A stretch of DNA of 31,175 nt from Utricularia gibba. Its lineage: Eukaryota; Plantae; Magnoliophyta. Position 1 is the first letter of the stretch; each line of letters opens with the position of its first letter. A model generated the notes under the pieces. It had not been told where the DNA came from. It worked only from the letters and a program-made list of their open reading frames with translations, and ran no database searches. Location of the stretch: positions 1 to 31,175 of the forward strand of contig NEEC01000039.1 in assembly GCA_002189035.1 (NCBI GenBank), written 5' to 3'. Below, piece after piece: positions 1 to 12,577 of the stretch. Position numbers and translations under genes: made by a program.

Positions 1-3000
1 ACTTTACGGTCCTATGGACGTGCGCATCAGTGCTGGTCTAATCTCCACGCATCCTCATATCTTTCAACGGCCGCGATAATAGACCAACGGTCTCCTTGTC
101 CAGTCCATTCGCTAAGGAGTCCAGAACACCTGAAGGTAACGGTAAAGCTTGCGAGGCCCGTCCAGCAACGGAGAAAAGAAAGGAAGTAGTGCGCATGGAT
201 GTGAACGCCTAAAAGAGCGTGGGAGTTTGCACTAGAGACCATCAACCCCGTTGAATCGTGTCGATGCTTGAGGAAAGACGACCACCCATTCATCTTTGTA
301 CGTTGCATCGGACCTGGTTGAAAGTGAGGACGGAAAATTGGCTACACTCGTAAAGGTGCACGAGCAGTATGCTGAATCGGATGATGGTCAAGCCGTTAGC
401 ATACGGAACACACTCGCGTGTTGCGCACGCGGCTTTAACGATTGCTTAACCGAGTGATCCCTTCTCTATCTCCATCCACAATCTGGGTAAAAGGCATCCG
501 GAGGTCAGGCATTGGAATGTCGTAAGGTATGAAGTATGCATGTTGCAAGGCGTGACCTGCTTGCGAAGCAATACCGATCCATTCCACGTTACCCGCTTCT
601 TTGCAAAGCCTGGAGGGAGAATGGAATTTTGCATCAGGAGTGGATGCCATGGGGGTCGAATTATAAGGGGAGGTGTGCGTTTGTTCCGTGAGCTATGTGG
701 ATTCGAAGCACAAGTGCTGGGTGGTCGAGTTATGGACTTTGGGTTAGGAGTGGCTACACTCTGGATCCACGACGATATGTTCTTCGATGCTCTATGACTC
801 ATTTCTCATTCAATGATGTCCACTCAATAGTAGCTTACGTGGCTCGCAACGTATGTTTGATATAGATGACATCCTTTAACCTGTATGGTCGAAGGTTTTC
901 TCCTCCCAAACGTATAGCGGCATGCCCACTTTCGTGTCCAAATATTCAGGAGGTCGGGGTGGTAGCCATCTAACGGCTGGATAGCACATCCACATCGTAT
1001 GTGCTCCGTAGAATGAATCCGAAAATGTTAATGTTTCCAACGCACGTTGTTGGAGATCGGGAAAGTACATGGAGTGTCCTTGGCCACATTCTAGTATTCA
1101 TTGGATGCTGGCTGAGTTTGTTGCACAACAAAACACCCTCAAACGAGTAGCGATGGTGCACCATGATCCGCCATGGAGTGAACTCGTGACTCCTCTGCGT
1201 AAGTCTCACTTTGTTTCCATGGAAGATCATAAGGGAAAGCAATAGGAAAAACTAAGAAGTACTTGGTATCGTTGATGTTACAACCCTGCATCATTGATCC
1301 TGATGTACCCCCTTCGTATCGTTGGACGACACATCAGTGGTGAAGTACTTGGCTAGAGTCCATGGGTTGGACTTTACGGTCCTATGGACGTGCGCATCAG
1401 TGCTGGTCTAATCTCCACGCATCCTCATATCTTTCAACGGCCGCGATAATAGACCAACGGTCTCCTTGTCCAGTCCATTCGCTAAGGAGTCCAGAACACC
1501 TGAAGGTAACGGCAAAGCTTGCGAGGCCCGTCCAGCAACGGAGAAAAGAAAGGAAGTAGTGCGCATGGATGTGAACGCCTAAAAGAGCGTGGGAGTTTGC
1601 ACTAGAGACCATCAACCCGTTGAATCGTGTCGATGCTTGAGGGAAGACGACCACCCATTCATCTTTGTACGTTGCATCGGACCTGGTTGAAAGTGAGGAC
1701 GGAAAATTGGCTACACTCGTAAAGGTGCACGAGCAGTATGCTGAATCGGATGATGGTCAAGCCGTTAGCATACGGAAAACACACTCGCGTGTTGCGCACG
1801 CGGCTTTAACGATTGCTTAACCGAGTGATCCCTTCTCTATCTCCATCCACAATCTGGGTAAAAGGCATCCGGAGGTCAGGCATTGGAATGTCGTAAGGTA
1901 TGAAGTATGCATGTTGCAAGGCGTGACCTGCTTGCGAAGCAATACCGATCCATTCCACGTTACCCGCTTCTTTGCAAAGCCTGGAGGGAGAATGGAATTT
2001 TGCATCAGGAGTGGATGCCATGGGGGTCGAATTATAAGGGGAGGTGTGCGTTTGTTCCGTGAGCTATGTGGATTCGAAGCACAAGTGCTGGGTGGTCGAG
2101 TTATGGACTTTGGGTTAGGAGTGGCTACACTCTGGATCCACGATCGATATGTTCTTCGATGCTCTATGACTCATTTCTCATTCAATGATGTCCACTCAAT
2201 AGTAGCTTACGTGGCTCGCAACGTATGTTTGATATAGATGACATCCTTTAACCTGTATGGTCGAAGGTTTTCTCCTCCCAAACGTATAGCGGCATGCCCA
2301 CTTTCGTGTCCAAATATTCAGGAGGTCGGGGTGGTAGCCATCTAACGGCTGGATAGCACATCCACATCGTATGTGCTCCGTAGAATGAATCCGAAAATGT
2401 TAATGTTTCCAACGCACGTTGTTGGAGATCGGGAAAGTACATGGAGTGTCCTTGGCCACATTCTAGTATTCATTGGATGCTGGCTGAGTTTGTTGCACAA
2501 CAAAACACCCTCAAACGAGTAGCGATGGTGCACCATGATCCGCCATGGAGTGAACTCGTGACTCCTCTGCGTAAGTCTCACTTTGTTTCCATGGAAGATC
2601 ATAAGGGAAAGCAATAGGAAAAACTAAGAAGTACTTGGTATCGTTGATGTTACAACCCTGCATCATTGATCCTGATGTACCCCCTTCGTATCGTTGGACG
2701 ACACATCAGTGGTGAAGTACTTGGTTAGAGTCCATGGGTTGGACTTTACGGTCCTATGGACGTGCGCATCAGTGCTGGTCTAATCTCCACGCATCCTCAT
2801 ATCTTTCAACGGCCGCGATAATAGACCAACGGTCTCCTTGTCCAGTCCATTCGCTAAGGAGTCCAGAACACCTGAAGGTAACGGCAAAGCTTGCGAGGCC
2901 CGTCCAGCAACGGAGAAAAGAAAGGAAGTAGTGCGCATGGATGTGAACGCCTAAAAGAGCGTGGGAGTTTGCACTAGAGACCATCAACCCGTTGAATCGT

Positions 3001-6000
3001 GTCGATGCTTGAGGGAAGACGACCACCCATTCATCTTTGTACGTTGCATCGGACCTGGTTGAAAGTGAGGACGGAAAATTGGCTACACTCGTAAAGGTGC
3101 ACGAGCAGTATGCTCAATCGGATGATGGTCAAGCCGTTAGCATACGGAAAACACACTCGCGTGTTGCGCACGCGGCTTTAACGATTGCTTAACCGAGTGA
3201 TCCCTTCTCTATCTCCATCCACAATCTGGGTAAAAGGCATCCGGAGGTCAGGCATTGGAATGTCGTAAGGTATGAAGTATGCATGTTGCAAGGCGTGACC
3301 TGCTTGCGAAGCAATACCGATCCATTCCACGTTACCCGCTTCTTTGCAAAGCCTGGAGGGAGAATGGAATTTTGCATCAGGAGTGGATGCCATGGGGGTC
3401 GAATTATAAGGGGAGGTGTGCGTTTGTTCCGTGAGCTATGTGGATTCGAAGCACAAGTGCTGGGTGGTCGAGTTATGGACTTTGGGTTAGGAGTGGCTAC
3501 ACTCTGGATCCACGACGATATGTTCTTCGATGCTCTATGACTCATTTCTCATTCAATGATGTCCACTCAATAGTAGCTTACGTGGCTCGCAACGTATGTT
3601 TGATATAGATGACATCCTTTAACCTGTATGGTCGAAGGTTTTCTCCTCCCAAACGTATAGCGGCATGCCCACTTTCGTGTCCAAATATTCAGGAGGTCGG
3701 GGTGGTAGCCATCTAACGGCTGGATAGCACATCCACATCGTATGTGCTCCGTAGAATGAATCCGAAAATGTTAATGTTTCCAACGCACGTTGTTGGAGAT
3801 CGGGAAAGTACATGGAGTGTCCTTGGCCACATTCTAGTATTCATTGGATGCTGGCTGAGTTTGTTGCACAACAAAACACCCTCAAACGAGTAGCGATGGT
3901 GCACCATGATCCGCCATGGAGTGAACTCGTGACTCCTCTGCGTAAGTCTCACTTTGTTTCCATGGAAGATCATAAGGGAAAGCAATAGGAAAAACTAAGA
4001 AGTACTTGGTATCGTTGATGTTACAACCCTGCATCATTGATCCTGATGTACCCCCTTCGTATCGTTGGACGACACATCAGTGGTGAAGTACTTGGCTAGA
4101 GTCCATGGGTTGGACTTTACGGTCCTATGGACGTGCGCATCAGTGCTGGTCTAATCTCCACGCATCCTCATATCTTTCAACGGCCGCGATAATAGACCAA
4201 CGGTCTCCTTGTCCAGTCCATTCGCTAAGGAGTCCAGAACACCTGAAGGTAACGGCAAAGCTTGCGAGGCCCGTCCAGCAACGGAGAAAAGAAAGGAAGT
4301 AGTGCGCATGGATGTGAACGCCTAAAAGAGCGTGGGAGTTTGCACTAGAGACCATCAACCCGTTGAATCGTGTCGATGCTTGAGGGAAGACGACCACCCA
4401 TTCATCTTTGTACGTTGCATCGGACCTGGTTGAAAGTGAGGACGGAAAATTGGCTACACTCGTAAAGGTGCACGAGCAGTATGCTGAATCGGATGATGGT
4501 CAAGCCGTTAGCATACGGAAAACACACTCGCGTGTTGCGCACGCGGCTTTAACGATTGCTTAACCGAGTGATCCCTTCTCTATCTCCATCCACAATCTGG
4601 GTAAAAGGCATCCGGAGGTCAGGCATTGGAATGTCGTAAGGTATGAAGTATGCATGTTGCAAGGCGTGACCTGCTTGCGAAGCAATACCGATCCATTCCA
4701 CGTTACCCGCTTCTTTGCAAAGCCTGGAGGGAGAATGGAATTTTGCATCAGGAGTGGATGCCATGGGGGTCGAATTATAAGGGGAGGTGTGCGTTTGTTC
4801 CGTGAGCTATGTGGATTCGAAGCACAAGTGCTGGGTGGTCGAGTTATGGACTTTGGGTTAGGAGTGGCTACACTCTGGATCCACGACGATATGTTCTTCG
4901 ATGCTCTATGACTCATTTCTCATTCAATGATGTCCACTCAATAGTAGCTTACGTGGCTCGCAACGTATGTTTGATATAGATGACATCCTTTAACCTGTAT
5001 GGTCGAAGGTTTTCTCCTCCCAAACGTATAGCGGCATGCCCACTTTCGTGTCCAAATATTCAGGAGGTCGGGGTGGTAGCCATCTAACGGCTGGATAGCA
5101 CATCCACATCGTATGTGCTCCGTAGAATGAATCCGAAAATGTTAATGTTTCCAACGCACGTTGTTGGAGATCGGGAAAGTACATGGAGTGTCCTTGGCCA
5201 CATTCTAGTATTCATTGGATGCTGGCTGAGTTTGTTGCACAACAAAACACCCTCAAACGAGTAGCGATGGTGCACCATGATCCGCCATGGAGTGAACTCG
5301 TGACTCCTCTGCGTAAGTCTCACTTTGTTTCCATGGAAGATCATAAGGGAAAGCAATAGGAAAAACTAAGAAGTACTTGGTATCGTTGATGTTACAACCC
5401 TGCATCATTGATCCTGATGTACCCCCTTCGTATCGTTGGACGACACATCAGTGGTGAAGTACTTGGCTAGAGTCCATGGGTTGGACTTTACGGTCCTATG
5501 GACGTGCGCATCAGTGCTGGTCTAATCTCCACGCATCCTCATATCTTTCAACGGCCGCGATAATAGACCAACGGTCTCCTTGTCCAGTCCATTCGCTAAG
5601 GAGTCCAGAACACCTGAAGGTAACGGCAAAGCTTGCGAGGCCCGTCCAGCAACGGAGAAAAGAAAGGAAGTAGTGCGCATGGATGTGAACGCCTAAAAGA
5701 GCGTGGGAGTTTGCACTAGAGACCATCAACCCGTTGAATCGTGTCGATGCTTGAGGGAAGACGACCACCCATTCATCTTTGTACGTTGCATCGGACCTGG
5801 TTGAAAGTGAGGACGGAAAATTGGCTACACTCGTAAAGGTGCACGAGCAGTATGCTCAATCGGATGATGGTCAAGCCGTTAGCATACGGAAAACACACTC
5901 GCGTGTTGCGCACGCGGCTTTAACGATTGCTTAACCGAGTGATCCCTTCTCTATCTCCATCCACAATCTGGGTAAAAGGCATCCGGAGGTCAGGCATTGG

Positions 6001-9000
6001 AATGTCGTAAGGTATGAAGTATGCATGTTGCAAGGCGTGACCTGCTTGCGAAGCAATACCGATCCATTCCACGTTACCCGCTTCTTTGCAAAGCCTGGAG
6101 GGAGAATGGAATTTTGCATCAGGAGTGGATGCCATGGGGGTCGAATTATAAGGGGAGGTGTGCGTTTGTTCCGTGAGCTATGTGGATTCGAAGCACAAGT
6201 GCTGGGTGGTCGAGTTATGGACTTTGGGTTAGGAGTGGCTACACTCTGGATCCACGACCGATATGTTCTTCGATGCTCTATGACTCATTTCTCATTCAAT
6301 GATGTCCACTCAATAGTAGCTTACGTGGCTCGCAACGTATGTTTGATATAGATGACATCCTTTAACCTGTATGGTCGAAGGTTTTCTCCTCCCAAACGTA
6401 TAGCGGCATGCCCACTTTCGTGTCCAAATATTCAGGAGGTCGGGGTGGTAGCCATCTAACGGCTGGATAGCACATCCACATCGTATGTGCTCCGTAGAAT
6501 GAATCCGAAAATGTTAATGTTTCCAACGCACGTTGTTGGAGATCGGGAAAGTACATGGAGTGTCCTTGGCCACATTCTAGTATTCATTGGATGCTGGCTG
6601 AGTTTGTTGCACAACAAAACACCCTCAAACGAGTAGCGATGGTGCACCATGATCCGCCATGGAGTGAACTCGTGACTCCTCTGCGTAAGTCTCACTTTGT
6701 TTCCATGGAAGATCATAAGGGAAAGCAATAGGAAAAACTAAGAAGTACTTGGTATCGTTGATGTTACAACCCTGCATCATTGATCCTGATGTACCCCCTT
6801 CGTATCGTTGGACGACACATCAGTGGTGAAGTACTTGGCTAGAGTCCATGGGTTGGACTTTACGGTCCTATGGACGTGCGCATCAGTGCTGGTCTAATCT
6901 CCACGCATCCTCATATCTTTCAACGGCCGCGATAATAGACCAACGGTCTCCTTGTCCAGTCCATTCGCTAAGGAGTCCAGAACACCTGAAGGTAACGGCA
7001 AAGCTTGCGAGGCCCGTCCAGCAACGGAGAAAAGAAAGGAAGTAGTGCGCATGGATGTGAACGCCTAAAAGAGCGTGGGAGTTTGCACTAGAGACCATCA
7101 ACCCGTTGAATCGTGTCGATGCTTGAGGGAAGACGACCACCCATTCATCTTTGTACGTTGCATCGGACCTGGTTGAAAGTGAGGACGGAAAATTGGCTAC
7201 ACTCGTAAAGGTGCACGAGCAGTATGCTCAATCGGATGATGGTCAAGCCGTTAGCATACGGAAAACACACTCGCGTGTTGCGCACGCGGCTTTAACGATT
7301 GCTTAACCGAGTGATCCCTTCTCTATGTCCATCCACAATCTGGGTAAAAGGCATCCGGAGGTCAGGCATTGGAATGTCGTAAGGTATGAAGTATGCATGT
7401 TGCAAGGCGTGACCTGCTTGCGAAGCAATACCGATCCATTCCACGTTACCCGCTTCTTTGCAAAGCCTGGAGGGAGAATGGAATTTTGCATCAGGAGTGG
7501 ATGCCATGGGGGTCGAATTATAAGGGGAGGTGTGCGTTTGTTCCGTGAGCTATGTGGATTCGAAGCACAAGTGCTGGGTGGTCGAGTTATGGACTTTGGG
7601 TTAGGAGTGGCTACACTCTGGATCCACGACGATATGTTCTTCGATGCTCTATGACTCATTTCTCATTCAATGATGTCCACTCAATAGTAGCTTACGTGGC
7701 TCGCAACGTATGTTTGATATAGATGACATCCTTTAACCTGTATGGTCGAAGGTTTTCTCCTCCCAAACGTATAGCGGCATGCCCACTTTCGTGTCCAAAT
7801 ATTCAGGAGGTCGGGGTGGTAGCCATCTAACGGCTGGATAGCACATCCACATCGTATGTGCTCCGTAGAATGAATCCGAAAATGTTAATGTTTCCAACGC
7901 ACGTTGTTGGAGATCGGGAAAGTACATGGAGTGTCCTTGGCCACATTCTAGTATTCATTGGATGCTGGCTGAGTTTGTTGCACAACAAAACACCCTCAAA
8001 CGAGTAGCGATGGTGCACCATGATCCGCCATGGAGTGAACTCGTGACTCCTCTGCGTAAGTCTCACTTTGTTTCCATGGAAGATCATAAGGGAAAGCAAT
8101 AGGAAAAACTAAGAAGTACTTGGTATCGTTGATGTTACAACCCTGCATCATTGATCCTGATGTACCCCCTTCGTATCGTTGGACGACACATCAGTGGTGA
8201 AGTACTTGGCTAGAGTCCATGGGTTGGACTTTACGGTCCTATGGACGTGCGCATCAGTGCTGGTCTAATCTCCACGCATCCTCATATCTTTCAACGGCCG
8301 CGATAATAGACCAACGGTCTCCTTGTCCAGTCCATTCGCTAAGGAGTCCAGAACACCTGAAGGTAACGGCAAAGCTTGCGAGGCCCGTCCAGCAACGGAG
8401 AAAAGAAAGGAAGTAGTGCGCATGGATGTGAACGCCTAAAAGAGCGTGGGAGTTTGCACTAGAGACCATCAACCCGTTGAATCGTGTCGATGCTTGAGGG
8501 AAGACGACCACCCATTCATCTTTGTACGTTGCATCGGACCTGGTTGAAAGTGAGGACGGAAAATTGGCTACACTCGTAAAGGTGCACGAGCAGTATGCTC
8601 AATCGGATGATGGTCAAGCCGTTAGCATACGGAAAACACACTCGCGTGTTGCGCACGCGGCTTTAACGATTGCTTAACCGAGTGATCCCTTCTCTATCTC
8701 CATCCACAATCTGGGTAAAAGGCATCCGGAGGTCAGGCATTGGAATGTCGTAAGGTATGAAGTATGCATGTTGCAAGGCGTGACCTGCTTGCGAAGCAAT
8801 ACCGATCCATTCCACGTTACCCGCTTCTTTGCAAAGCCTGGAGGGAGAATGGAATTTTGCATCAGGAGTGGATGCCATGGGGGTCGAATTATAAGGGGAG
8901 GTGTGCGTTTGTTCCGTGAGCTATGTGGATTCGAAGCACAAGTGCTGGGTGGTCGAGTTATGGACTTTGGGTTAGGAGTGGCTACACTCTGGATCCACGA

Positions 9001-12000
9001 TCGATATGTTCTTCGATGCTCTATGACTCATTTCTCATTCAATGATGTCCACTCAATAGTAGCTTACGTGGCTCGCAACGTATGTTTGATATAGATGACA
9101 TCCTTTAACCTGTATGGTCGAAGGTTTTCTCCTCCCAAACGTATAGCGGCATGCCCACTTTCGTGTCCAAATATTCAGGAGGTCGGGGTGGTAGCCATCT
9201 AACGGCTGGATAGCACATCCACATCGTATGTGCTCCGTAGAATGAATCCGAAAATGTTAATGTTTCCAACGCACGTTGTTGGAGATCGGGAAAGTACATG
9301 GAGTGTCCTTGGCCACATTCTAGTATTCATTGGATGCTGGCTGAGTTTGTTGCACAACAAAACACCCTCAAACGAGTAGCGATGGTGCACCATGATCCGC
9401 CATGGAGTGAACTCGTGACTCCTCTGCGTAAGTCTCACTTTGTTTCCATGGAAGATCATAAGGGAAAGCAATAGGAAAAACTAAGAAGTACTTGGTATCG
9501 TTGATGTTACAACCCTGCATCATTGATCCTGATGTACCCCCTTCGTATCGTTGGACGACACATCAGTGGTGAAGTACTTGGCTAGAGTCCATGGGTTGGA
9601 CTTTACGGTCCTATGGACGTGCGCATCAGTGCTGGTCTAATCTCCACGCATCCTCATATCTTTCAACGGCCGCGATAATAGACCAACGGTCTCCTTGTCC
9701 AGTCCATTCGCTAAGGAGTCCAGAACACCTGAAGGTAACGGCAAAGCTTGCGAGGCCCGTCCAGCAACGGAGAAAAGAAAGGAAGTAGTGCGCATGGATG
9801 TGAACGCCTAAAAGAGCGTGGGAGTTTGCACTAGAGACCATCAACCCGTTGAATCGTGTCGATGCTTGAGGGAAGACGACCACCCATTCATCTTTGTACG
9901 TTGCATCGGACCTGGTTGAAAGTGAGGACGGAAAATTGGCTACACTCGTAAAGGTGCACGAGCAGTATGCTCAATCGGATGATGGTCAAGCCGTTAGCAT
10001 ACGGAAAACACACTCGCGTGTTGCGCACGCGGCTTTAACGATTGCTTAACCGAGTGATCCCTTCTCTATGTCCATCCACAATCTGGGTAAAAGGCATCCG
10101 GAGGTCAGGCATTGGAATGTCGTAAGGTATGAAGTATGCATGTTGCAAGGCGTGACCTGCTTGCGAAGCAATACCGATCCATTCCACGTTACCCGCTTCT
10201 TTGCAAAGCCTGGAGGGAGAATGGAATTTTGCATCAGGAGTGGATGCCATGGGGGTCGAATTATAAGGGGAGGTGTGCGTTTGTTCCGTGAGCTATGTGG
10301 ATTCGAAGCACAAGTGCTGGGTGGTCGAGTTATGGACTTTGGGTTAGGAGTGGCTACACTCTGGATCCACGATCGATATGTTCTTCGATGCTCTATGACT
10401 CATTTCTCATTCAATGATGTCCACTCAATAGTAGCTTACGTGGCTCGCAACGTATGTTTGATATAGATGACATCCTTTAACCTGTATGGTCGAAGGTTTT
10501 CTCCTCCCAAACGTATAGCGGCATGCCCACTTTCGTGTCCAAATATTCAGGAGGTCGGGGTGGTAGCCATCTAACGGCTGGATAGCACATCCACATCGTA
10601 TGTGCTCCGTAGAATGAATCCGAAAATGTTAATGTTTCCAACGCACGTTGTTGGAGATCGGGAAAGTACATGGAGTGTCCTTGGCCACATTCTAGTATTC
10701 ATTGGATGCTGGCTGAGTTTGTTGCACAACAAAACACCCTCAAACGAGTAGCGATGGTGCACCATGATCCGCCATGGAGTGAACTCGTGACTCCTCTGCG
10801 TAAGTCTCACTTTGTTTCCATGGAAGATCATAAGGGAAAGCAATAGGAAAAACTAAGAAGTACTTGGTATCGTTGATGTTACAACCCTGCATCATTGATC
10901 CTGATGTACCCCCTTCGTATCGTTGGACGACACATCAGTGGTGAAGTACTTGGCTAGAGTCCATGGGTTGGACTTTACGGTCCTATGGACGTGCGCATCA
11001 GTGCTGGTCTAATCTCCACGCATCCTCATATCTTTCAACGGCCGCGATAATAGACCAACGGTCTCCTTGTCCAGTCCATTCGCTAAGGAGTCCAGAACAC
11101 CTGAAGGTAACGGCAAAGCTTGCGAGGCCCGTCCAGCAACGGAGAAAAGAAAGGAAGTAGTGCGCATGGATGTGAACGCCTAAAAGAGCGTGGGAGTTTG
11201 CACTAGAGACCATCAACCCGTTGAATCGTGTCGATGCTTGAGGGAAGACGACCACCCATTCATCTTTGTACGTTGCATCGGACCTGGTTGAAAGTGAGGA
11301 CGGAAAATTGGCTACACTCGTAAAGGTGCACGAGCAGTATGCTCAATCGGATGATGGTCAAGCCGTTAGCATACGGAAAACACACTCGCGTGTTGCGCAC
11401 GCGGCTTTAACGATTGCTTAACCGAGTGATCCCTTCTCTATCTCCATCCACAATCTGGGTAAAAGGCATCCGGAGGTCAGGCATTGGAATGTCGTAAGGT
11501 ATGAAGTATGCATGTTGCAAGGCGTGACCTGCTTGCGAAGCAATACCGATCCATTCCACGTTACCCGCTTCTTTGCAAAGCCTGGAGGGAGAATGGAATT
11601 TTGCATCAGGAGTGGATGCCATGGGGGTCGAATTATAAGGGGAGGTGTGCGTTTGTTCCGTGAGCTATGTGGATTCGAAGCACAAGTGCTGGGTGGTCGA
11701 GTTATGGACTTTGGGTTAGGAGTGGCTACACTCTGGATCCACGATCGATATGTTCTTCGATGCTCTATGACTCATTTCTCATTCAATGATGTCCACTCAA
11801 TAGTAGCTTACGTGGCTCGCAACGTATGTTTGATATAGATGACATCCTTTAACCTGTATGGTCGAAGGTTTTCTCCTCCCAAACGTATAGCGGCATGCCC
11901 ACTTTCGTGTCCAAATATTCAGGAGGTCGGGGTGGTAGCCATCTAACGGCTGGATAGCACATCCACATCGTATGTGCTCCGTAGAATGAATCCGAAAATG

Positions 12001-12577
12001 TTAATGTTTCCAACGCACGTTGTTGGAGATCGGGAAAGTACATGGAGTGTCCTTGGCCACATTCTAGTATTCATTGGATGCTGGCTGAGTTTGTTGCACA
12101 ACAAAACACCCTCAAACGAGTAGCGATGGTGCACCATGATCCGCCATGGAGTGAACTCGTGACTCCTCTGCGTAAGTCTCACTTTGTTTCCATGGAAGAT
12201 CATAAGGGAAAGCAATAGGAAAAACTAAGAAGTACTTGGTATCGTTGATGTTACAACCCTGCATCATTGATCCTGATGTACCCCCTTCGTATCGTTGGAC
12301 GACACATCAGTGGTGAAGTACTTGGCTAGAGTCCATGGGTTGGACTTTACGGTCCTATGGACGTGCGCATCAGTGCTGGTCTAATCTCCACGCATCCTCA
12401 TATCTTTCAACGGCCGCGATAATAGACCAACGGTCTCCTTGTCCAGTCCATTCGCTAAGGAGTCCAGAACACCTGAAGGTAACGGCAAAGCTTGCGAGGC
12501 CCGTCCAGCAACGGAGAAAAGAAAGGAAGTAGTGCGCATGGATGTGAACGCCTAAAAGAGCGTGGGAGTTTGCACTA

